The position numbers and the translations under genes were made by a program. From sequence record SRR31156797_2069: a DNA stretch of 53,708 bases; one strand, written 5' to 3'. Shown here piece after piece: positions 10,652 to 20,094 of the stretch; position 1 is the first letter of the stretch, and every line of letters starts with the position of its first letter. A model generated the notes under the pieces. That model did no database searches, was not told the DNA's origin, and worked only from the letters and a program-made list of their open reading frames with translations.

Positions 10652-13600
10652 TTATTTAATCACAATCTTCTTAATGATTACTTCTTCGTTGGTTTTTAAT
10701 CTCAGGTAATAAATACCACTGGCATAATCACCAATTTCGATTTGCTGGCTCGTAAAGCCGTTCAGATTTCCAATTTCCTTGCGGTAAACTTCACTGCCCT
10801 GGTAATTGAGCAATCTGTATTCAACAGTTTCTGAAACACCTGAAAGATTTACGTTCAGTACTGTGGAAGCAGGATTTGGGAATACAGAAAGTGTGAGTTC
10901 ATCACCGTAATCTAAAATTCCTGTACAAGGATCAAACATAATTGTGATTTCATCTTCAGCCTCACAATCGTTGCTGTTGGTCACCATAACTGTATAGGTA
11001 ATCTCACCTGCGCCAACACCTGTTGAATCCACTTCGATTGTAGGTGTGGTATATCCACCCGGAGTCCAGAGGTAGCTGGTGGCATCCGGGCATGTAGCGT
11101 CGAGGGTTACGGTATGGTTTATACAAATGGTCATGTCTTCACCAAGATCAGGTTCCGGTGCATCCATAACTTCAAGTGTATAGGTGTCAGTCATAACGGT
11201 TTCACCATCATCCACGGTTAGTGTGTAGGTTGTTGTAACGTCAGGTGTGGCGATCGGATTCATGACGTTAGGATCGCTGAGCGTTTCGGCTGGTGTCCAC
11301 TCACAGTCATAGTTTCCGGTACCGCCTGATACGGTTGCTATCAACATCGCCGACCCACCTTCACACATTTGTTCAGGTTCTGAAGTGATAGTACAGCTGA
11401 GTTCTCCGAGGGCTTCAAATGATGCAGCCCAGCCCATTTTTGTGACTGACCCGTCAGATTCGAAATGGAAAGTAAGTGCACCGGTTTCGTGGGTTGATGT
11501 GATTGTTCCCGGGCCCGAAGTGCCGTTAAAGGGGCTTCCTGATACCTGAGGTGCATTTACATCGGGGCCATCATAAACATACAGGTAATCATAATTTGAT
11601 TCAGTTTCGTATGCCTGGAATTCGAATTGCATGAGCTGGCCGGGTACAGGTGATTCAAATGTCATCACTATATCCTCGTCATTGCTGTATTCACCGTCAG
11701 CTCCACCAGTATCGTAAAACATACCGTTTGCAGCTGTAACCGTGCCGTCTGACATCAGGTATTCCGGGCCACCTGTTGTGAACGACCACACCGGGCAGTC
11801 CTCAGCCTGTCCGTTGGCGTTAATAGGTGTAACGCTCCAGTAGTATGTGGTATTTGGCATCAGTTCGGGCTGGTATTGAGAAACAGCAACAGTTTCAACA
11901 AATGGTGGATCTTCAGTTACACCAAAATAAACATCAAACTCAACGGCATCAAATGATGACCAATTCAACATTGATGTAATGCCAACATTCTCAGCGCCGT
12001 CAGCAGGTTCGGGATCTGAAGCACATTCAGGTGTACCTGAAATGTCGTAACAACCGATCTCAGCTTCCCAACCGGTTTTGGTAACAGAACCGTCCGAAGT
12101 AAAATGGAAGGTAAGTGCTCCATCAGCGTTAAGTGCAATAATGGTTTCGGGTGCATTGTCACCACTAAACGGGCTGCCTTCAACTTCCGGGGCTGATGTG
12201 TTTGGTCCATTATGAACATATAGGTAATCGTAATTATTTTCAACTTCAAAGGCAGTGAATTCGGCTATGATCATTGCGTCAGGAGTGGCCGGATAAAAAG
12301 TCAAAGTTAAATCTTCATCATCGCCATATTCACCTGATGGGCCGCCTGAATCATAGAAATATCCCACACAAGTCGTTATTTCATCATTGGTCATGTTGAA
12401 TTCAGGAATCAGGCCAATTACAACCTGCAGTGTTTGTTCAGCGGTATATAAACCTTCGGGTCCGCCGGCAGCTTCAAGATCAACATCAACCGGATATCCG
12501 ATTGGTGATGAAGCATCTGCAGTAGCACCGATGGCGATCTGCTCTGTTTCTCCGGCAGCAATCGCAGCAACGTTTACAGTCGCTGAATTGATGGTGAGTA
12601 ATGGATCATTTGATTCAATAGCAATTTCGATATCAGAAATATCGCTGGCTCCTGTGTTAAATATATTCAGCATAATATTTCCGGTTTCACCCGGATCTAG
12701 GATGCCGTCACCATTGCCTGATTGCGTATCGTCGATCATAAATTCATCGGCAATTTCGATTACCGGTGCCTGAACGGTGATGAAAAGGTTGGAAGTCCAG
12801 GTATCGCTGCCATCAGTAATTTCAAGTACAAACTGCGCTTTATGCTGGTCAGGAACGAAATCGTCAATTTCAAAAGTATAGGCATCATCAACGGTAGCCA
12901 TTTCACCATTAACGATCGGGCCAAATGTTTGTGAAGCTCCTGAAGTGAGGGTAACATAATCGTCCATGCCGGTAACAGTTGCAGTTACGTTGGCTGATGG
13001 ATCAGCACCTACATTTTCAAGGGTTACATTCAGGCTGATGGTCTCGCTATAGTCGGCCATACCATTGTTATTTCCTGATGCATCGTTTATTGTAAAACTT
13101 TCCAAAACAACATACGGGCCTTCGAGTGCGGCTGCTGGAACCTGCACCATGTAAGGAATGCGCTGTGGCTTGGTAACCACGATGTCAACCTGTCCCGAAG
13201 AAAGTATCGGATCCAGTGACACTTCTACCACACCACTTTCATCTACCAAAGCGGAACCATGCAGTACACCATCTTTGGAGATACCAACGTATGATCCTTC
13301 TTCGGCTGTTACTTCATAATAATCCAGTCCGATAGGCATGATGGCCATGTGTGACACTTCATTTTCCTCACCTTCCGTAAAATATGGTACAAGCGACGGA
13401 TCACCAAGTACGTTATAAGCCTGCCAGTAATAGGTTGGGTTGGAGTGCTGCGGATATCCCTGGATCTCAACTTCAGTAACGGCTAGGTTTCCAACAAATA
13501 CGGTAGCACCCGTGGTTACATAATTACTCACAAACGGCGCATCATACACGCCCCAGGAAGATTCCTCGTAAGTTGGAACATAACCATTGTTATTTCCCTG

Positions 13601-15214
13601 GATGGGGAATGCACCCACTGCCCAGTAGAAATCTTCAAACCAATAACTGCTTGGTGATGAACCAATATACGCCACAGAACCTTTGTTTACGCCACGTTGC
13701 CAGGTTTCGCCAATACATTCGTCATAACCAAAGTCGGCGGCAAGGCAGCAGTTTCCAATCGCGATCGGGTACTGTCCATTATTCTCAAAATTTTCAACAT
13801 CACTTTGTGAAAGGTTGGGATCACCCCAGGACGTCTGACTACAGTGTGCGGTATAGTTGATCATGCTCACTGCGATTCTCTCCGGATCGTAACATCCACC
13901 ATAGGAGCTCAGGTAAGCGTTTACATTTACAAAGTCATATGATGCATTGAAATAATTTTCGGTACCATAAAGTACGGTAGGCTGGCCAACAGCAGGATTC
14001 CACGAACCATCAGCGCCGGCGATCAGCGTTACATCGTTAAGGTAAGACGGATCGGAAAATTCGTATTTTTCATAATACATGGTTTTGGCGATCTGTGTGT
14101 TTAGTTCGCCGGATGTGGTTGCTGAAAAACGTCCGTAGTACATTTCAGGGAAATAATCCCCGTCAACGCTGCCATAATACAGATCGGTCATCTTACCCGA
14201 TGATGAGCCCATCTCGGCAGGGATCTGAGGAGTGTCGCCTACAAAAAGGATAAAACTTGGGGCCGGATCGTTTGGCGTGCCCTGGTTGTACTGATCGTGT
14301 ACATAAGATTGTATCTGGCTGTATGACGACCCGATTTCATCGGTGAAGGCCAAAACAACTTCGAAACCTTTCATGGTTTTCCATTCGATGAATGGCACCA
14401 GATCGTCCTCAAACATGCGGTCGGCAACGATCAGGTATTTCACCGGATACGTTGTGAGGTCTGGGTGATCAGGATATCCGCCGCCCATGCGGTTTGTAAT
14501 GCTGTTGCGGATAACCTCAAAGTAAGGTGAATAAGTTGATGATTTGATGTATTTTGTCAGTTCAACATCAGCATCGTTGAATTTTACTTCAACCTCAATG
14601 TCGTTGTAAACCCTGATGACCCCTTTTACCGGGTTATAGTTAACCGGGGCAACAGTTACACGTGCAAAGCGGTACCCACGCATCACGCCAAGGACCTCAA
14701 CCTTTGCCAATTCAGGTTCAATAAACCGGTTGGTGGAATAAACCTTATCATCCAGTTCAAAAGTTACATCGTCGGCGTTCTGATCTTTACGAATAGATGG
14801 CTGAGAAGGCATGATCATTTGGTTGATGCCATAATCAGACAATGCATATTCTGTTACCGTGTAGTTTTTTACTTCAACGGATACTTCAGCGCCAAAAGGA
14901 ATTTCGATGAGTTTTTTGGCTGCCGGAAGTTTTGGTGTACCCAGTTTTCCGATGAAGAAAGTTCCGGGGATTCCAATTTCATTAAATGTGCCTTTTTTGG
15001 TTTCAACAGAAAAAGTGTTGATTCCGCTAAAGGTAAAGTTGAGATTCAACTGATAGGTGTTGTCTTCAGCGATCTGAACTTCTGTTGCTGTTTTTCCAAG
15101 GTCGATGGCATAGTCCTGTGCCATACCCTGGTTTGAAATGAGTGCCGTGAGCATGAGGAGAGCTGCAATTAGCAGGCCTTTGCCGTTAAGCATTCTGAAA
15201 GTAGATTTTTTCAT
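10652..15214 (-). CDS. C25 cysteine peptidase (Lys-gingipain-like) with propeptide, two CUB-like domains and T9SS CTD
   Basis: Propeptide GTPKLP...LIEIP; YFPEMYYGRFSA; catalytic NYTAH and IGNCCL; VLGDPS; two FYDSGG/FYDTGG...YDYLYV...FTSDGS CUB-like repeats; CTD VFPNPA...KKIVIK. Confidence 0.92.
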   Translation of the reverse strand: MKKSTFRMLNGKGLLIAALLMLTALISNQGMAQDYAIDLGKTATEVQIAEDNTYQLNLNFTFSGINTFSVETKKGTFNEIGIPGTFFIGKLGTPKLPAAKKLIEIPFGAEVSVEVKNYTVTEYALSDYGINQMIMPSQPSIRKDQNADDVTFELDDKVYSTNRFIEPELAKVEVLGVMRGYRFARVTVAPVNYNPVKGVIRVYNDIEVEVKFNDADVELTKYIKSSTYSPYFEVIRNSITNRMGGGYPDHPDLTTYPVKYLIVADRMFEDDLVPFIEWKTMKGFEVVLAFTDEIGSSYSQIQSYVHDQYNQGTPNDPAPSFILFVGDTPQIPAEMGSSSGKMTDLYYGSVDGDYFPEMYYGRFSATTSGELNTQIAKTMYYEKYEFSDPSYLNDVTLIAGADGSWNPAVGQPTVLYGTENYFNASYDFVNVNAYLSSYGGCYDPERIAVSMINYTAHCSQTSWGDPNLSQSDVENFENNGQYPIAIGNCCLAADFGYDECIGETWQRGVNKGSVAYIGSSPSSYWFEDFYWAVGAFPIQGNNNGYVPTYEESSWGVYDAPFVSNYVTTGATVFVGNLAVTEVEIQGYPQHSNPTYYWQAYNVLGDPSLVPYFTEGEENEVSHMAIMPIGLDYYEVTAEEGSYVGISKDGVLHGSALVDESGVVEVSLDPILSSGQVDIVVTKPQRIPYMVQVPAAALEGPYVVLESFTINDASGNNNGMADYSETISLNVTLENVGADPSANVTATVTGMDDYVTLTSGASQTFGPIVNGEMATVDDAYTFEIDDFVPDQHKAQFVLEITDGSDTWTSNLFITVQAPVIEIADEFMIDDTQSGNGDGILDPGETGNIMLNIFNTGASDISDIEIAIESNDPLLTINSATVNVAAIAAGETEQIAIGATADASSPIGYPVDVDLEAAGGPEGLYTAEQTLQVVIGLIPEFNMTNDEITTCVGYFYDSGGPSGEYGDDEDLTLTFYPATPDAMIIAEFTAFEVENNYDYLYVHNGPNTSAPEVEGSPFSGDNAPETIIALNADGALTFHFTSDGSVTKTGWEAEIGCYDISGTPECASDPEPADGAENVGITSMLNWSSFDAVEFDVYFGVTEDPPFVETVAVSQYQPELMPNTTYYWSVTPINANGQAEDCPVWSFTTGGPEYLMSDGTVTAANGMFYDTGGADGEYSNDEDIVMTFESPVPGQLMQFEFQAYETESNYDYLYVYDGPDVNAPQVSGSPFNGTSGPGTITSTHETGALTFHFESDGSVTKMGWAASFEALGELSCTITSEPEQMCEGGSAMLIATVSGGTGNYDCEWTPAETLSDPNVMNPIATPDVTTTYTLTVDDGETVMTDTYTLEVMDAPEPDLGEDMTICINHTVTLDATCPDATSYLWTPGGYTTPTIEVDSTGVGAGEITYTVMVTNSNDCEAEDEITIMFDPCTGILDYGDELTLSVFPNPASTVLNVNLSGVSETVEYRLLNYQGSEVYRKEIGNLNGFTSQQIEIGDYASGIYYLRLKTNEEVIIKKIVIK

Positions 15215-15270
15215 TGCGGTTTTTAATTAAGCGTTAATGAATAGTAATTAGTGTTAATAAATCTTAACCG

Positions 15271-15278
15271 CAAAACTA
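15271..15278 (-). promoter_or_regulatory. Bacteroidota -7 promoter box for the C25 gene
   Basis: TAGTTTTG on the minus strand (TAnnTTTG consensus), about 57 bp upstream of the ATG. Confidence 0.6.
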
Positions 15279-15384
15279 CATTTTTTTATCAGCTGTCAGA
15301 CAGTTTGATCGTCTTTTTAAAGACTCAATTGATTGCTGCTTTATGTATTGCTTGCATCGAAGGGATTGGAGCTGTCTGACATCC

Positions 15385-15418
15385 AAAAAAAAACCACCCA
15401 AATTCCTCCGGGTGGTTT
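15385..15418 (-). terminator. Intrinsic terminator after the small Pro-rich gene pair
   Basis: AAACCACCC / GGGTGGTTT inverted repeat with a T9 run on the minus strand. Confidence 0.7.
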
Positions 15419-15449
15419 CTGAAATAAAAAATATCCTGTTGAACAAAAA

Positions 15450-15701
15450 CTATTCAGCGAGTTTGCGCTTTTTATAATCGTACCATTTTTTGGCTCCATA
15501 CCCGGCCCCGAGTAATACAAGGATCAATGCACCACCGCCGATGGCTGCACCGCCTCCGGGAGGTTGATTTCCGGTTTGGCCGTGTTCTCCGGGGGGTGGG
15601 GGTGGGTCACCATTCTGCGAAAACGCGGTTGAGTATGTCATCGAAAAAATCAGGAATAATAATGAAGCCAGCGCAGTTTTAAAGATTCTATTCATTTTCA
15701 T
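15450..15701 (-). CDS. Small secreted Pro/Gly-rich protein with C-terminal TM anchor (PID-CTERM-like)
   Basis: Signal peptide (TAFS|Q), PPPPPGEHGQTGNQPPGGGAAIGGG, TM helix, basic tail KKRK. Confidence 0.85.
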   Translation of the reverse strand: MKMNRIFKTALASLLFLIFSMTYSTAFSQNGDPPPPPGEHGQTGNQPPGGGAAIGGGALILVLLGAGYGAKKWYDYKKRKLAE

Positions 15702-15741
15702 TTGTTTTGATGATCAAAAATAGTTAATTAAATTTAACAGC

Positions 15742-15990
15742 TTACATGTTTTCCGCTTTTTTTTGCGTCATGTAAACTTTCCGGGTTCCCCATACACCTG
15801 CCAGCAATGATAATATCAACAAGCCTTCGCCAACAGGTGCACCACCGCCGGGAACATTACCCCCGGTGCCATGGCCGGGTGGGGGTGGAGGAGGTGGCGC
15901 ACCACCGCCTGCATATATCAGGTTTGAACTCCCCATACTGATCATCAGTGTCAGCAAGGCTATTGCTATGATTTTCTGAAATTTTTTCAT
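15742..15990 (-). CDS. Small secreted Pro/Gly-rich protein with C-terminal TM anchor (PID-CTERM-like), paralog
   Basis: Signal peptide (LIYA|G), PPPPPPPGHGTGGNVPGGGAPVGEG, TM helix, basic tail. Confidence 0.85.
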   Translation of the reverse strand: MKKFQKIIAIALLTLMISMGSSNLIYAGGGAPPPPPPPGHGTGGNVPGGGAPVGEGLLILSLLAGVWGTRKVYMTQKKAENM

Positions 15991-16022
15991 GATTTACGTC
16001 CTTATTATAAAGTTCAACCTGA

Positions 16023-19000
16023 TTATTTAATGAATACTTTTTCTGAAGCCATACCCTCACCGGTACTTACCTTCACCACGTACCAGCCTGTTTTCAGGTT
16101 GGGGTTGATCCGGGTGAGTCCGGCCATCACAACCTGCTGGCCATAAAACAGCTGCCCTGTAACATTGTAAAGCTCTACATCTGCGTCTCTTGCAACATCA
16201 CTGCTCAGATAGAGGCTGTTGTTGTGGGTGTAGATGTTGAGGCCCTGGATGGTGGTTTCGTAGATGGCTGTTCCTGCTTCGGCGTGTAGTTTGAAGCGGA
16301 ATGGATCATCGTCCGGAGTAGCCGTAAAAGCGTAGGTTTTACCATCAGATAACACTGCAAATTCATTCAGTTTGGTATCTTCAATGGTCAGTTTTGAAAT
16401 GCCAAAGTTCGTTTCGAAATTCCCGATCGAAAATGATATTTCCCTTTCTTCCTGTACAGTAAAGCGGATTGGAATGATTGAATTTTCATCTTTTGAATTG
16501 AATACGTATTTTGAAACCCAAATGTCATCTTTGGTAATGGCACAGAAATACGGAATGCTGGTGACCGGATAAAAATACCTGGCGTCATATTCCCATTCAT
16601 AATTCTGGGAGGCGTTTTCGTTGGCCTGCAGTAAAATCTGAACCTGTTTTTCGTTGTCGAATCCGGCAAGCAATTTCACAAACCCACTATACTCACCTGA
16701 TTTTTTTGTTGATCCGTGTGTTTGGTCAGCAGTTTCGAATGTTAGCGATGCTGATCCATTCTCAGCATATACGAATACACCCTGGCCAACTTCGAGTTCA
16801 GTTCCCAGATCCTGCCATTCTCCTGTTGTGGGGCTGAGTACTTTTGGTGAACTTACATTCGATTTGGTAACATCTGCCCAGGTAACTTTTGAACAGTAAG
16901 GATTACCTGAAAGGTTCCATGCTGTATTTGAATTGGAAACAATAGGTGAAACTGAAGTTTTATTGAGGTCTGTTCCGGCAAAAGTCTTGGTTCCTGCATT
17001 GTTTGGATGATAAGCTACAAGGTAACCGGTATCTGCTTCAAACTGATCGAAAATGCCAGGCTGGTTGCTGTTGTCATAATAATTAAGCCAGTAATTCGTG
17101 TTTTGGTCATACACATAAAAATCATCTTCGTTTTCTACAGGTTCAAAATCAGAGACGGCAATATCCATTTCTGAAACCGGGGCAGAAATGGCATACCAAC
17201 CATCATCATTTCCGGTATATCCTGTGAATGATTTCTCAACATAAGCAGTACCATTAATGGTCAGGTTTTCCTGGCCGACCAGGGTGACGCCTTCCTTAAG
17301 CACAATGTCTTCGATTGTGGTAGGTGCAGATAGGGTAGGATAGGTTGACAATCCTGATGGGATAAAAACACTAATTCCATTTCCAGGCAGGCCATTATCC
17401 CAGTTTCCTTCAGTATCCCAAGCATTACTTTTTGCAGCACTTCCGTTCCATGCTGTAACAGGATGCATACCGGGGGTCATTCTTAGGGCATCACAGGACG
17501 TAATAATGTTCCATTCTGAAGCGGTCCATGTAGCATTTGGCGACGTAATGGTGTTTTTCCTAACTGCCTTTGAGTTTTCATATTCCCATGGCTCCCCGGT
17601 TCCATCTACACCAACCTCACCATAAATGTCGACAACATTTGAACCATCAAAAAGCTCATATACATCATCACCATTACCTGATATGAATCCACTGTAAATT
17701 TCAGCAGTAAATCCATAAGTTGCATCAAATGTTGTGTTGTAGGCAACTGTTAATGTATTACCAGCATCAATGGTACCGGACAAATCCACGTCAGAGCTTG
17801 ATGTACTGCCGTTCGCATACCTTCGGATCTGCCATCCTGTTATGTCAATGGCGCTCTCAGATGAATTATACAATTCAACATATTTGGCATCAGCTTCATC
17901 AGCTGGGTCTGTTACTTCTGAAATGATCAGCAATGATCCTGAGTATGCATTTGTTGTAGCGGTAGCCTGTTCAACGGTTTCGTCTGTTTTATAATTTACA
18001 GCACCCCCAGTTCCATTATAAGGGAAAATTTTAAAGTAGTAAGTTGTGGAAGCCGATAAACCGGTGAACTGGAAAGTTCCAGCTCCGGAATTGACATTTT
18101 GAACAAGAGTTCCGTTGGATTCTGGAGTTCCGTCAACCGGGTCGTTTATTGCTGCATAGCTAACATCGCTGCCTTTTATCAGATAACTGTCGGCATCAGA
18201 GTCTGTCCATGAAACTGTGATTTCGCTATCGGAGTTGGCCACTGCTAAAAAGCCGGAAGGATGGTTGCTAGGTTCATCAGAAATAACGATATAGCTTTGT
18301 TCATCAGATGTCGCTTCACCTGAATCATTGTCAAGGGCATATATTTCATAATAAACTGTGGTGCCTCCGGCCTGCGCAGGAATATCAGAATCAGTAACGT
18401 AAGTATCTCCAGAGGATACAGACATATTTATGGTATTTCCAAGGCTGCCGGATGCAGTGCCCCAATGCAACTCAACGCCAGCTACTGTGCCATCTGAATC
18501 TGTTACATCTGCGGTTACAGAGACTGTGGTTGATGAGGTAATTCCTGTGGCAGGGGTTTGGATGATGTTTGAAATGGAAGGTGGGGTATTACCACCACCA
18601 GAATAACCAGTCCAGGTTACATTATCGATTGAAACCTGCCCACCAACAGAGGTATTCTGTTGAAATTTTATTACAAAAACTCCAGAAACATTTACTGAAA
18701 TATTACCAGAATTTTTCGTTATACCCTCCTCTCCGCTCGATGTTACAGTTCCAAAGACCTGGTCATTTACTAAAACATCAAGATTTACATTTGTTGAGAA
18801 TGCCTGCTTGTAATCAAAACTAATTGTTCCGATACCATCTGATATTGTTCCTGAATATACATTTGCTGTTGAATTGTTTCTTAGGCATGGTGTTTCATCT
18901 GTAATTGTCTGGTCACCTCTACAGTCAGTATAGGTCCATGTTGAACCGTCCTGTCCAATAAACGTTCCACTAGCATAACTACTTCCTGTTTCAGGAAAAT

Positions 19001-19853
19001 TGGCAAAATCTTCCGTAACAGAACCATCCGTAACTTCGCCATCACAAGTCACCGTTTCATCAGTGGCACCAGTTGAAGAACAGGTAATATCTTCACCATT
19101 GTAGGTTCCTGTGGATAATCCGGCCTTGAGTCGAACATAAATTGTTGTTGAGGCAACCGAACCACCAGTTTGGGTTAGGGTAATCGGACTGGTGTATCCG
19201 CTTCCTGAAGTTTCTGAAATTTCATAATTGGTGGGTGCTGTCAATGAAATGTCAGCAGTAAGGTTTGTACCCTCGACCGTAAAAGTTAGTTCATCTGAAG
19301 GGCCATTATCAAGTACATAAGTAAAGCCTGTTAGTGATGATGGGTCAACCGATATTGTTGGGGTGGAGCCTCCAGAATAAGCAGTCCATTGCAAATCATC
19401 TATTGCTATCCTATCACCATTTCCCGGAGTTTCAATTACAACCACAATATCCCCTGAAATATCAATATTCAAAATAGAGTTTGTTTGTTCAGTATCTGAA
19501 TAAGGAATTGTTCCAACGGTTGAGCTGTTAACTTTGATTGTTAGGTTTCCTGACCCTCCACTAAAAACTCTTTGCGTTGTAACTGTCAATGAACCAATTC
19601 CCCCCAATACAGAGGGAGAGGTCAAATCTCCATTTCTAATACAAATTGCTTTTCCATTTATCGTTTGATCCGTTCTTGCGTCAGTTGCTGACCAAGTGCC
19701 ACCATCATCACCTGTCCAGGTTTCTGTTTGATAACCTCCATATGGGCCGAGATTGCTAAACGATTCGTCTATTGGGCTTGATTGCCCCCAAACATGCCCC
19801 CCAAAAAAGAGTAAAACTGTAAAAAGTGTAATGAGTCGTAAAGAGTGTTTCAT
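16023..19853 (-). CDS. Large T9SS-secreted multidomain protein (two repeated beta-sandwiches, Ig-like, FN3-like and lamin-tail domains)
   Basis: Signal peptide (VWG|Q); repeats ending IDDLQWTAYSGG and IDNVTWTGYSGG; TTYYFKIF FN3-like module; lamin-tail IISEV...KYVELYN...NGDD; WNLSGNPY; CTD ...GWYVVKV...EKVFIK. Confidence 0.88.
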   Translation of the reverse strand: MKHSLRLITLFTVLLFFGGHVWGQSSPIDESFSNLGPYGGYQTETWTGDDGGTWSATDARTDQTINGKAICIRNGDLTSPSVLGGIGSLTVTTQRVFSGGSGNLTIKVNSSTVGTIPYSDTEQTNSILNIDISGDIVVVIETPGNGDRIAIDDLQWTAYSGGSTPTISVDPSSLTGFTYVLDNGPSDELTFTVEGTNLTADISLTAPTNYEISETSGSGYTSPITLTQTGGSVASTTIYVRLKAGLSTGTYNGEDITCSSTGATDETVTCDGEVTDGSVTEDFANFPETGSSYASGTFIGQDGSTWTYTDCRGDQTITDETPCLRNNSTANVYSGTISDGIGTISFDYKQAFSTNVNLDVLVNDQVFGTVTSSGEEGITKNSGNISVNVSGVFVIKFQQNTSVGGQVSIDNVTWTGYSGGGNTPPSISNIIQTPATGITSSTTVSVTADVTDSDGTVAGVELHWGTASGSLGNTINMSVSSGDTYVTDSDIPAQAGGTTVYYEIYALDNDSGEATSDEQSYIVISDEPSNHPSGFLAVANSDSEITVSWTDSDADSYLIKGSDVSYAAINDPVDGTPESNGTLVQNVNSGAGTFQFTGLSASTTYYFKIFPYNGTGGAVNYKTDETVEQATATTNAYSGSLLIISEVTDPADEADAKYVELYNSSESAIDITGWQIRRYANGSTSSSDVDLSGTIDAGNTLTVAYNTTFDATYGFTAEIYSGFISGNGDDVYELFDGSNVVDIYGEVGVDGTGEPWEYENSKAVRKNTITSPNATWTASEWNIITSCDALRMTPGMHPVTAWNGSAAKSNAWDTEGNWDNGLPGNGISVFIPSGLSTYPTLSAPTTIEDIVLKEGVTLVGQENLTINGTAYVEKSFTGYTGNDDGWYAISAPVSEMDIAVSDFEPVENEDDFYVYDQNTNYWLNYYDNSNQPGIFDQFEADTGYLVAYHPNNAGTKTFAGTDLNKTSVSPIVSNSNTAWNLSGNPYCSKVTWADVTKSNVSSPKVLSPTTGEWQDLGTELEVGQGVFVYAENGSASLTFETADQTHGSTKKSGEYSGFVKLLAGFDNEKQVQILLQANENASQNYEWEYDARYFYPVTSIPYFCAITKDDIWVSKYVFNSKDENSIIPIRFTVQEEREISFSIGNFETNFGISKLTIEDTKLNEFAVLSDGKTYAFTATPDDDPFRFKLHAEAGTAIYETTIQGLNIYTHNNSLYLSSDVARDADVELYNVTGQLFYGQQVVMAGLTRINPNLKTGWYVVKVSTGEGMASEKVFIK

Positions 19854-19887
19854 AATGGTTAAGTTTTTAAAGTTTGTTTAAATATTT

Positions 19888-20094
19888 GTTATCGTTGTTG
19901 TCAGTTCGCTGCGCTCAGGTTATCGTTGTTATCAGGTTATCATTGTTATCTTGTTGTCACTGCTTTCCCGCCATTACTCCAACACTCCAATATCCCATTA
20001 CTCCAATCTTCTAGCCTTCCTCGGTTCCGCGCTCCGCTCTCTGCACTCTACTCTCCGCGCTCTGCGCTAGGCGCTTTGCTTTATGCGCTCAGCG
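19888..20094. repeat. Three stacked degenerate short tandem arrays (8-9-mer, 8-mer, 7-mer)
   Basis: GTTRTCnn(n) x7 (19888-19961), CCAWYWYY x5 (19971-20010), CTCCGCG-like heptamer x10 (20025-20094). Confidence 0.9.

Noticed and set aside
19888-20094. Possible CRISPR array
   Set aside because: Units are 7-9 bp and contiguous with no unique spacers, and no cas genes are present.
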